From the NCBI GenBank assembly GCA_963706595.1, contig OY970166.1, positions 3,424,001 through 3,488,000 of the forward strand: a stretch of DNA of 64,000 nucleotides. The letters run 5' to 3'. Under the pieces are notes generated by a model. It was not told where the DNA came from. It did not search any database and saw only the letters and a program-made list of their open reading frames with translations. The stretch's first letter is position 1, and each line of letters opens with the position of its first letter. This document shows positions 39,782 through 49,208 of the stretch, in pieces. The translations under genes were made by a program, and so were the position numbers. The stretch comes from an uncultured cyanobacterium. Its GTDB lineage: Bacteria > Cyanobacteriota > Cyanobacteriia > Cyanobacteriales > Nostocaceae.

Positions 39782-42250
39782 TTAAGGTATTGCTGGCTGA
39801 GGATTAATTTGTTCCAATTCATTGAGGTTGCGTTCTCTTTGTAACTGTTCTACTCCTTGGTCAACTCCTCGCCTTAACCGTTCAGCAGTTTGTTGATCAA
39901 ATGGATTTGCTGGCTCTCCCATCTTAAACAAAATTCTAAACACGTTATTAGAAATGCTAAAGCCATTACCATCCGCATCTCTACCAAAGTTGTATTCATT
40001 GTTATTCCAAGATAAACTCAGAGATGGACTATTATAATCATTACCTAATTTAAGTTGCGCCCTAGTTCCATATCGGGAACGACTGCTAGTTTCATTAATA
40101 GGTGTGTAATAAGCCGACAAGCTAAAGTTTTTACTTAATTGCAGTTCTAAATCAGCTAAGAGAGTATTAGCAATTGAATTGGGCAAAATATCGCCAAAAT
40201 AGTTAACTAATCCCAAAGAAACAGAATTCATATTCAGTCTAACTCCCGTTGTCACCGAACTTCCAGGAGAAATACTGATAGTGCTACCAATTGTACTTTC
40301 TCGGTCAAGGGCATAATTGACTCCTGTGGATAAAACAAAATTAGTAGTACGATTTACAGGAATTCTTTTAGAAACACTACCTACCAATTGACTATAGTAC
40401 TCACGGTCTGGATTAATATAACCAATTGCTCCGGCTGAGTATGTCCAACCATTGGTTGTTCGATGAGTAAAGTCTCCGCCAAGATAAGCTTTAATTATGT
40501 CTCCAGTAATGACACCTGTGTAATATTTGAAGACATTTTGTGAACCTGTAATATTGCCAGTAAAGCTAAAATGGGGATGATAGATAGTTGTTTCTGTTAA
40601 TCTGCTACCATCTACAAAATTCACATCTTGCTGAAAATTTGACACATAAATTTGAGTGTAGAAATTTTGTAGATTAGCGGTAGAAAATTCTTGCCCATTC
40701 ACAGAAGATAGTAAACTAACATTGGAGTTTATACCTCCTTCTGCTCCTGCATTTGCCAAGACCCTCTGAGAACCAATAGGTTCATATCGATTGATCGATT
40801 CAATTCTGCGGAAGGTAACAGGTGAAAAACCAATCCAAATACTATTAAAAGTTGCATTAGGAACTTGATTTAAATTAGTTATATTTGTTGGGCTTTTGGC
40901 TTCTCCAACCCCTGCATGATATATAGCGAAACTATTCACAGGTAGCCTAGTATTATTGGCCGCTGCAAATAAATTTCTGTTAATATTCGGGTTAACCGGA
41001 TTTTTGCCTCCTGTAATTTTTGGATTAGCATCTGGTAAGACTGTATTTCCTAACTGAAAAATTGAATTAAGGGCTAAATTAGGATCATTTAAAATGAATC
41101 CATAACCGCGAATTGTCCGACCAATGACTGCTTTCTCATTATTAGCTTTGACAATCTGCCGTACTGTTGAATAAAAGCCAGTTGGTGTATTTTGATTATT
41201 TTCTTCCCTAGTAACAACAGATGTGTCTCCTGTGTTATTTCCAGGTAAAGCCCCAGCATTGGGAAAATATAAATCCATCCCAATTTCCTGACCATTTGCT
41301 CCCCTTTGAAAGCCAGGTAAACTCATAACTGCTAAAGATTCTGGTGTAACTACATCTCCTAGATTGCTGGTTTGATTAATGCGCGTTGGCACAAAAAAGT
41401 CTGGTTCAATACTATTTCTGTCAGTGACTAAGCCAGGTGTATATGTACATTGTTGGTCAGATGGAGTATTTGGTAAAATACAGGAACCGACAAGACTCAT
41501 TTGGATTTGTGTACCTAATAAAGTTTGTGGTTCTTTTCTGAGAGTTGTCACTTCACGAGAGGTTCTAAGAGTTTGTAACTGTACATAACTTCCTGTTTGC
41601 TCGACTGTAAAAATGTTATCTCTAGTCAAACTTTCTTGAATCTGACTATGTATTTTGAGAATACCATTATAATCTAAGCTTCCATTTTGATCTTCACCAA
41701 AACTAGTTAACCCAATAATTTCCCACTCTGTCAAATGACTAATAGGTATACCATTTAGCAGTAGACTGGTTGTAAGTGGGTTAATTCTTTCTTTAGGCGC
41801 AATTCGTGGCGGGATTAAGTAATTTGGATCTCCAGTTTCAATTTGCTGGGGAGTTTCTATTAATGGTCGCTCATCAAGTTCTGCAACCAGAGGTAAGTCA
41901 TTTGTCGGTTTAGCTGTGGGTAATTTCTGCTTATTGGCGAGTTCTGAAACACTAAACTCATATAGCGAGTCTGAATCCCATTCAGGCAAGATTGGGATAA
42001 TTTTAATACTTTGTTTTGAATTAGTATCAGCAGCTTCAATTGGTTGAACTTTTTGATCTAAGTCTGCTACTTTGGTCTGAGCATCAAGTTTGATAATATC
42101 CTGTTGGAATGGGATGTTAAAATTTAAATTAAATTCGGGAGCGCTATGAATATTTTGATTTTTAAATTCAGATGCTAATACAGGAAATTGGATAAAAATT
42201 ATAAATTTTAATAGAAGCAATGATAGTTCAAGCCAACGTATTGAAGTCAT
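39782..42250 (-). CDS. Large exported beta-rich protein, possible outer-membrane protein
   Basis: Signal peptide (VLA|SE); C-terminal third of alternating amphipathic strands (YLGGDF, WTYSAGAIGY, FSLSAYY, LSLSW). Confidence 0.75.
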   Translation of the reverse strand: MTSIRWLELSLLLLKFIIFIQFPVLASEFKNQNIHSAPEFNLNFNIPFQQDIIKLDAQTKVADLDQKVQPIEAADTNSKQSIKIIPILPEWDSDSLYEFSVSELANKQKLPTAKPTNDLPLVAELDERPLIETPQQIETGDPNYLIPPRIAPKERINPLTTSLLLNGIPISHLTEWEIIGLTSFGEDQNGSLDYNGILKIHSQIQESLTRDNIFTVEQTGSYVQLQTLRTSREVTTLRKEPQTLLGTQIQMSLVGSCILPNTPSDQQCTYTPGLVTDRNSIEPDFFVPTRINQTSNLGDVVTPESLAVMSLPGFQRGANGQEIGMDLYFPNAGALPGNNTGDTSVVTREENNQNTPTGFYSTVRQIVKANNEKAVIGRTIRGYGFILNDPNLALNSIFQLGNTVLPDANPKITGGKNPVNPNINRNLFAAANNTRLPVNSFAIYHAGVGEAKSPTNITNLNQVPNATFNSIWIGFSPVTFRRIESINRYEPIGSQRVLANAGAEGGINSNVSLLSSVNGQEFSTANLQNFYTQIYVSNFQQDVNFVDGSRLTETTIYHPHFSFTGNITGSQNVFKYYTGVITGDIIKAYLGGDFTHRTTNGWTYSAGAIGYINPDREYYSQLVGSVSKRIPVNRTTNFVLSTGVNYALDRESTIGSTISISPGSSVTTGVRLNMNSVSLGLVNYFGDILPNSIANTLLADLELQLSKNFSLSAYYTPINETSSRSRYGTRAQLKLGNDYNSPSLSLSWNNNEYNFGRDADGNGFSISNNVFRILFKMGEPANPFDQQTAERLRRGVDQGVEQLQRERNLNELEQINPQPAIP

Positions 42251-42747
42251 AAAAAATGTTTGTTGTTGAAGACACCTATAGATTAGTTATTGGCAAGATT
42301 TTTGCTATTTTTGATTAGGAAAAACTTGAGTAAATGGCCAAGATATTAAAGATTAACTATCTAAAGGCAGAAGCTAATGAGCTTATAGGCTTTTTTTAGG
42401 AAGCATATTATACCGTCAATAGAATTTAAACTCCTTGGAGAATATCCGGCATCAGTAAATTTTCTTATTTTAATGTAAAGATTGATTGAAGGCAGTAAAA
42501 TTGCTATTAATTGACCAACAGGTTCATAAAATCTTAATTTTATGTCTAGCAACTTAATTATTTTGAATAGAGACAATTTTATATTTAATTTTCGAGGACA
42601 AATATCGTCGTAATTTCAAGAAGCGCCTCATCAAGAACGATATGCAGTGTAATCATTTTCGGTTACGATTACTGTCGTAGAAGTATTTGTCTCAACCATA
42701 ATTTAACATTCAAGAAGAATAACAACAGAATTTCTCTGCGCTGCTAA

Positions 42748-44153
42748 ATGTTTAAAGCTACTCGCCGCCGTCTTGCTATCTGGTACACTGCCGTCACTGC
42801 GGTTTTACTTTTACTATTCGCCAGTGGTGTATATTTATATGTCCGCAGTACATTAATTGAGCGTGTTGATGATACCCTCAATCACGTAGTGGAAATTGTC
42901 GAGCGATCGCTAGTAATTTTGCCAGTCGATGGGGATGTGGAAAAATTGCGCGTTAATGTAGAAGCCAGTTTTCGCGACAATACCAGCACTGTAGAAGATG
43001 ACCACATTGACCTAGAATGGTTTAACCCCAATGGCAAATTACTTTGGTCTACCCTATCGGAACCTTTAAATATTCCCATTCATGGTAACTGTCTGGGTGA
43101 AACCGTCCGAATATTCAAACCACAAACAGACCACTCCCCTCTTTTACTGCGACAAGTTACCCAGCGTGTGGAAATGGGACGGCAAGTATTAGGATATCTG
43201 CGTGTTAGTCATCCCTGGTTTGAAGTCACTAAACCTAGTCGCCAGTTAATCATTGATTTGGCGTTAGGTACTTGGTTCATGGTGCTGTCTGTGGCTGGAA
43301 GTGGCTGGTTCCTTTCAGGTAAAGCAATGGAACCAGTGGGGGAATCTTACCAACGGCTAAAACAATTTACTGCTGATGCTTCTCACGAACTCCGCAGTCC
43401 TATTACTTTGATTCAAACTAATGTGCAAGTTGCGCTGGCTGATTTAGAATTGGTAGATTCACAAAATGAGAGTTTTGTCAACTATCGTCAACAATTAAAA
43501 ATCGTGGAACGGCTAACGCAGCGCTTGGGTAAGCTAGTCAATGATTTATTGTTTTTAGCCAGACAGGATAGTGGTATTAGCAAAGATGTGTTTTCATCTT
43601 GTCCCCTGGATGCTTTACTCATGGAAGTAGTTGAAGAACAACAACTATTAGCCAAGGAAAAAAAAATTAGTTTAACTCTGGACTTGGTTGATCCTCCCAC
43701 CTCGGAAACTAGCCCCGAATTATTAGAAAATTGGTTTACACTCCAGGGAAAATGGGATCAATTGGTACGGTTATTGACAAATTTAATTAGCAATGCATTA
43801 CAGTATACCCCAGCCGAGGGAGAGGTGTATGTACAATTGGCGCGTCTAGAGGGTAGCAATCGCGTTTCTAAAATTCTTTACAACACAGCTTTATTGCAAA
43901 TTAAAATTAGCGATACTGGGATTGGTATTCCCGCCGAAGCCTTACCCCGCTTATTTGACCGCTTTTATCGGGTAATCCAGCCCGGACTCATAAGACAGCA
44001 AAGACCAATACAGAAAGTTCTACAGGTTCAGGATTAGGACTAGCGATCGCTGCGGCCATTGTCCAACATCATCAAGGTCATCTGCAAGTTGAAAGCAATA
44101 TTGGCGCAGGTACAACTTTTACTGTCACTTTACCAATCACTCTGGAGTATTAA
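42748..44153 (+). pseudogene. Membrane sensor histidine kinase (possibly ManS/Hik27-like) with one base missing near 43974
   Basis: Two TM helices, ADASHELRSP, N and G1 boxes; the G2 box GSGLGLAI...GTTFTVTLP continues in another frame to TAA 44153. Confidence 0.85.
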
Positions 44154-44466
44154 ATTTATTTTTAATATTTGTTTCTTGTGATAGATGAAAAAGTATAAGT
44201 TTATTTAATATATTAAGTAATAACGCTTGTAAAAAATTTCCTTTCAGACTAAAAGTTTAGGACTACACAAACTAATTCTGTACGGGAATTTCAGGCAACC
44301 TGTGCAGGTAATTTGAGTCTGGATGGCTGCGATTTATGCTCGCTTGAAATTTTTGCTGACAGTTTAATATTGCTACTTTGCAAACTTGATTGCGTAGTTA
44401 TATCAACTGCTAGCTTTAGCTTGGCTAAATACTTACATAATAAAAAATTTTTGGAGGTCTGTCTAT

Positions 44467-45315
44467 ATGCCTATTAGTATCAGAAAAGATATTGCTTATA
44501 TTCTGCTCAAAAAAATTAATGATACGGGAGAAGGAATGCACGAGGTGAGATTTAATGAGGCTGATTTAGCCAGCCGTAAATTAACACCCGCCGAATTTTT
44601 AGGACATTTAGATTATTTGAATCAACAGGATTATATTAACGCTGAGTTTACAGGTAATGCTTATGCAAATAACGATGTTCCTGATTTTATAAATCCCCAA
44701 GAAATCGCCAATCATAATGGTGCGGGTGGAGTTTTACCTCACTTGATTACCTTTAAAAAGGCAGAATTAACAGAAAAAGGGGAGAAAATGCTCAAGAGAC
44801 TGGATGCGAATCCTCCTGAAGGTTTAAAAGCAGGTTCATCGGTTCCCATTGCTACGAAAGATATGCCTTTTTTGGAAAAGGTAATGTTGAAAAGTGGTTT
44901 AAACGATATTTTCGATGCTAGAGACATTACAGAAGTAGTATACCGGGTGATGCGCGACTTGATGACCACAGCCGCCGCCGACCGAGTAGAAGAGGAATTA
45001 CACAAACCAATTGAATCCACCAATGATAAATCGCTACAAATGGAAATTGCTGATTTGTGGCATGATACAAATCCAATTGTGGGATTTTTGAGTCGGGTAC
45101 GTCCACCTTGGCAAGGTCCTGGTATCTTTAAAATTGATAGTGATCGCTTCTTATTTAGAGTAGCAAATGAAGGCGGAATGCCACCCAATGCAGACCGGGA
45201 ACAAGTGGTAAAGGCGATATTTTCTGCTACTAAAGATGAATTATCACCGGAAAGAATTGAGGAAATTGCTAGTTGGTTACCTGAAAAAGTCCGCCAACTC
45301 TGGGAAGAAGCTTAA
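44467..45315 (+). CDS. DUF2267 domain protein with extra N-terminal domain
   Basis: FLEKV...DARDITEVVYRVMRD and VVKAIFSATKDEL...VRQLW; GGAGG RBS. Confidence 0.75.
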   Translation: MPISIRKDIAYILLKKINDTGEGMHEVRFNEADLASRKLTPAEFLGHLDYLNQQDYINAEFTGNAYANNDVPDFINPQEIANHNGAGGVLPHLITFKKAELTEKGEKMLKRLDANPPEGLKAGSSVPIATKDMPFLEKVMLKSGLNDIFDARDITEVVYRVMRDLMTTAAADRVEEELHKPIESTNDKSLQMEIADLWHDTNPIVGFLSRVRPPWQGPGIFKIDSDRFLFRVANEGGMPPNADREQVVKAIFSATKDELSPERIEEIASWLPEKVRQLWEEA

Positions 45316-45346
45316 AGAATATTCAGGACATAAATAAAAAATAAAT

Positions 45347-45375
45347 ATCCCCGACTTCTTAAATAAGTCGGGGAT
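45347..45375. terminator. CCCCGACTT...AAGTCGGGG palindromic repeat, likely terminator (second copy at 51438-51468)
   Basis: ATCCCCGACTTcttaaatAAGTCGGGGAT downstream of a stop codon. Confidence 0.65.
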
Positions 45376-45621
45376 TTTAGTCTCTCAGTGTTTGCTAATT
45401 ATTTCTTATTTAATAACCTCAGCCTTCAGATTGAAATAAAGGCTTAAGTTTAGACTGATTCCGTTACTCTAGTTAGATTAAATAACTCAAGTTAATTGCT
45501 ATATTTTAATTATCTAGTAATTTGAAATTAATTATCTCATATTTTAGGATTGTCTTACCTAATTTAAATAGATTGAGAAATTTTTAAGGCAATGAAAGTT
45601 AAGATGTTTTAGGAGTGAATT

Positions 45622-46449
45622 ATGAATAAACATACCCAAAAGGTTCGCAAGTATGCTGGATTATTCAGCGCTATTTGTGGTGGATTATTAATTAGCGCGC
45701 CAGCAATTTCTCACAGGGCTGTAGCACAACAACCAACTTCTCAAATCAATCCTTGTCCTAGTATTTATTACGAAGAACCACACAATAGCCGGATTTTAGT
45801 GCCACAGGGATGTCCTCCCAATGCCCTAACGCGAAAATTAGCGGCGCAAGGGATGCTTCCACCTCCTACCGCCCCGGCTACCCCCGCACCTAGTCAAATA
45901 CCGTTAGGCGTGGGCGGTGAAGCACCTGATTCAAAACCCCTGGTAGTCAATCCCTGTCCGCGTATTTACTATGAAGAACCACACAATAATCAGGTATTAG
46001 TACCAGAAGGATGTCCTCCCAATACTTTCACGCAACAACAGCAAGCACAAGGGATTTCACCCAGTCAAGCTGTACCAATGCGTCCACCAGTTACCGCAAT
46101 TCAACCACCATTACCAGCAGAACAACAACCACCCAGCGCCAAAATTGCTCTCGCTGATGGAAGGGTAAATATCCGCTTGGTGAATGATAGTGGGGCTGAG
46201 GTGACTTATGAGGTGGTTGGTGATACACCAGCGCGATCGCTTGAGGGAAAATCAGATATAATGCTCCGAGATTTAACTGCACCAGTAACTGTGACATTCT
46301 TTCGTGAAGATGGCGGATTAATTCAGGTGACTCCCCAACCTTCTGCGGAAACAGGAATGATAGAAGTCAGATTGAACGCTACAACTGATGTCCAGCAAGA
46401 TAAAAATGCTGTGCGGATTCAAGAGGATGGTACGGTGTTCTTGAATTAG
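45622..46449 (+). CDS. Secreted hypothetical protein with duplicated Cys motif
   Basis: Signal ending AVA|QQ; NPCPxIYYEEPHN-x4-VPxGCPPN twice. Confidence 0.8.
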   Translation: MNKHTQKVRKYAGLFSAICGGLLISAPAISHRAVAQQPTSQINPCPSIYYEEPHNSRILVPQGCPPNALTRKLAAQGMLPPPTAPATPAPSQIPLGVGGEAPDSKPLVVNPCPRIYYEEPHNNQVLVPEGCPPNTFTQQQQAQGISPSQAVPMRPPVTAIQPPLPAEQQPPSAKIALADGRVNIRLVNDSGAEVTYEVVGDTPARSLEGKSDIMLRDLTAPVTVTFFREDGGLIQVTPQPSAETGMIEVRLNATTDVQQDKNAVRIQEDGTVFLN

Positions 46450-46521
46450 AACCCCACCCCCAACCCCTCCGGTGCAAGCGAGGAGGGGAGAAAGATTCAA
46501 TTACGCATTACGAATTACGAA

Positions 46522-47547
46522 TTACTTCTTCAGCATTTGAGTCAATCTATCAATTAATTGCACTTCCTGTTTGCTATCTGCAAGGGTTTGTGCTAGGACT
46601 ATCGCCCGTTCATAAAAATTACGCGCGGTTGAGTAATTACCTAATTTCTCGTATAAATGAGCATAGGATTCAAAAGACTTTAATTCTTCTCTGAGGTTTT
46701 GTAACCCCTGGGCAATTCTTAAACGTTGTTCTAGTAAGTCAAAGGCGCGCTGATAGCGTCCGACAACACTGTGGGAGAATACTAAACCGTCAATTGCACG
46801 TAATTGATTAATGCGATCGCGGCTAGTTTGAGCAATTCGCAATGCTGCACCATAAGTGCCAATTGTCTCTTGATAATCTCTGGCTTCTAAGTAAGCATCA
46901 CCTAAGTTATTCAGCGTATTGGCTTCACCGACGAGATCACGAGTTTGACGGCGGAAGGTTAGGGCAGTTTCATAGAGTTTAATGGCTTTGTTATACTCTC
47001 CCTCTCTAATTGCTACCAAACCTAAATTACTTAAAGATAGTCCTTCGCCTTCAATGTTTTTGACATGACGCGCAATTGTCAAGGCTTCTTCAAGGGTTTT
47101 ACCTGCGGCTGCGGGTTCACCTTTTTGCAGGAACAAGGTGCTGAGATTATTTAAGCCAAAAATTTGACCTTGAAAGTCTTTTGTATCACGAGCGATCGCT
47201 AAACGTCGGCGCATGACATTTTCCCCTTCTTTGAGGCGATTTAGCTGGATATAAGACATTCCCAGCAAATCATAAGTCATTCCTTGCGCCCTGAAATCGC
47301 CAATTGCCTGATAAATCTCCAACGCTTCTAAACCCGATGTCACTGCTTTATCAGCGAATCCAGAAGCATATTGTTGTTCACCGATCCGCAGCAATGTATC
47401 AGCTTGTTCTCTAGATTGTCGCCGACTCGAACTATTCACAGGGCTGTGGAGTTGTTGGGTAATATCAGCAGCACTCGCCACAGTAGGACTCAGTAAACCA
47501 ATAAAAACTAAAGCGTAACACCCTGGTAATAAATACTGTTGTTTCAT
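46522..47547 (-). CDS. Exported TPR protein
   Basis: Signal peptide; repeated LNNLG/LSNLG TPR units. Confidence 0.9.
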   Translation of the reverse strand: MKQQYLLPGCYALVFIGLLSPTVASAADITQQLHSPVNSSSRRQSREQADTLLRIGEQQYASGFADKAVTSGLEALEIYQAIGDFRAQGMTYDLLGMSYIQLNRLKEGENVMRRRLAIARDTKDFQGQIFGLNNLSTLFLQKGEPAAAGKTLEEALTIARHVKNIEGEGLSLSNLGLVAIREGEYNKAIKLYETALTFRRQTRDLVGEANTLNNLGDAYLEARDYQETIGTYGAALRIAQTSRDRINQLRAIDGLVFSHSVVGRYQRAFDLLEQRLRIAQGLQNLREELKSFESYAHLYEKLGNYSTARNFYERAIVLAQTLADSKQEVQLIDRLTQMLKK

Positions 47548-47562
47548 AAATTTTAAGTATTT

Positions 47563-48201
47563 TTATATAGGCGATGATTGCACCAAGTCTTCGCCCAAGT
47601 AGATAACACGGATATCTGCGGGTAATTTGTCCTCTAGCATAGAATAGCCTTCCTGGAGCAAATTGGCTACTTCGAGCGGGGATATTTTTTCTCCTTCGGC
47701 TTGCAGGTAAGCCGCAATTCTCGTTTCACTCCAGTGGAAAGTTTGAGCCATTAAAACTATTAAGCGCAACATGGGGGGTAGTTGGTCTAAAGCCTGTTCT
47801 ACATAGCACCATAGCGGCGGGGAAGTGGCTGAAAGGGAATAATGAATGGCTTCGGTGGGCGGTAGTTGAATCTCGTTGATACAGAAAGCGGTGATATTAA
47901 TTAGCCAATTTTGCAAAGTTAAATTTTCTAAACTCGATGAGGGTTCAGCTAAATTTAGTCCCCCAAGTTCGTAGTAGATATGTTTCCAAGTCAGGGCGAA
48001 GAGATAATCTGCTTGCACAGGCGATCGCGCGGAATGCTGAATCAAGGTGTAAACTATGGGGCTATAACGGCAAAAAATCACCGTAAAATACTTGCCAGCA
48101 TCGGGATAACTCTGAAATAAATCCAGCAGTTCCTGATCATTGTGATGAAACAGCGACTTCACTAAAGGGTGATTAGCTTCGGGAAAATGGGGAATTTGCA
48201 T
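47563..48201 (-). CDS. ECF-like sigma-70 family protein
   Basis: Region-2-like FCRYSPIVY...QADYLF..TW and region-4-like ALDQLPP..R; likely start MQIP at 48201. Confidence 0.7.
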   Translation of the reverse strand: MQIPHFPEANHPLVKSLFHHNDQELLDLFQSYPDAGKYFTVIFCRYSPIVYTLIQHSARSPVQADYLFALTWKHIYYELGGLNLAEPSSSLENLTLQNWLINITAFCINEIQLPPTEAIHYSLSATSPPLWCYVEQALDQLPPMLRLIVLMAQTFHWSETRIAAYLQAEGEKISPLEVANLLQEGYSMLEDKLPADIRVIYLGEDLVQSSPI

Positions 48202-48396
48202 AGCTGGAGAGTAGATAGTAGTTAAAATAGTATTTTTCATCCCAACGTTGTGCTTATCTGTATAAAATCCATGTCTTGGTCTGTTCGGTACTCAAACTCA
48301 GACTACTTTAGTATTGATAAACTAGGAACAAGGACTTAAATTTAGTTCTATCGACAATAATAAAAGCGCTCCCTTATAGAATTTTTTGGTTTGTTC

Positions 48397-48993
48397 ATGG
48401 TTATAGCAGCTAATGTGATGCCTTTCTTCTTCGCCCCTCTGACTTCAGGCTCTTTTTTGTCTTCCTTGCCCTTGGATAGCTTATTCTCCACCCAAGGCAT
48501 TATGGTGATGTTGCTGGCGGCTTATGCTGGCGCTATGTGGATGTTCCTCACCAGTGCGCCCAAAGTCCACACAGTCATGGTGTCTGACTTGGAAATTGCC
48601 CGACAGTTGTATGAAGGGCTGCTAGATTTGCCAGCCGCCGAAGTACCTTTGCACTACTACTACAACTACGAACAAACTTTAGGCGCAACTGGTATTGATC
48701 CACTGTATATGTCTACCAGTCCCAGTTGGTCTAACAAGGTGATGAATAATGCTAATGATGGGTTGTGGTATCAAATGAAGAAAAATACCCAGTTGCACGT
48801 CATTACAGGGGCTAGTTTGGGTAATAAAAATCAGCAACGTCATGTCTGTTTTGACCGCGACTGCTTGGATCTGATTTTATTACGAGTGGAAATGCGCGGT
48901 TTGAAGTTCAAGATTCGCAACCAAAAGCCGCTCAATTTTTTGGTGAAGGACTATGAAGGGCGCGTGATTGAAATCGCCGAAGTCGCAAATTAA
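48397..48993 (+). CDS. Glyoxalase/VOC-like domain protein
   Basis: VHTVMVSDLEIARQLYEGLL, HVCF, DYEGRVIEI. Confidence 0.75.
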   Translation: MVIAANVMPFFFAPLTSGSFLSSLPLDSLFSTQGIMVMLLAAYAGAMWMFLTSAPKVHTVMVSDLEIARQLYEGLLDLPAAEVPLHYYYNYEQTLGATGIDPLYMSTSPSWSNKVMNNANDGLWYQMKKNTQLHVITGASLGNKNQQRHVCFDRDCLDLILLRVEMRGLKFKIRNQKPLNFLVKDYEGRVIEIAEVAN

Positions 48994-49208
48994 TCATGTT
49001 GGGTGTTGCAGTTTTGAACTGATCAACACCCAATTTGTTTATATAATCGAACCGCCAAGTCGCCAAGTGCGCCAAGTGAAGAAGGATGTACACCTCACAC
49101 CGATATGAAACTGAATTAAACTTAAAATAAAATAGTTAATTCCCAAGTGTTAATTTTCCAAGCTTTAACTCTCATCGTCAGCAATGGTTATTGTTTCAAG
49201 GTGAAGTC

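Noticed and set aside
42361..42576. 71-aa ORF upstream of the large exported gene
   Set aside because: AT-rich spacer, TTG start, no recognisable motifs
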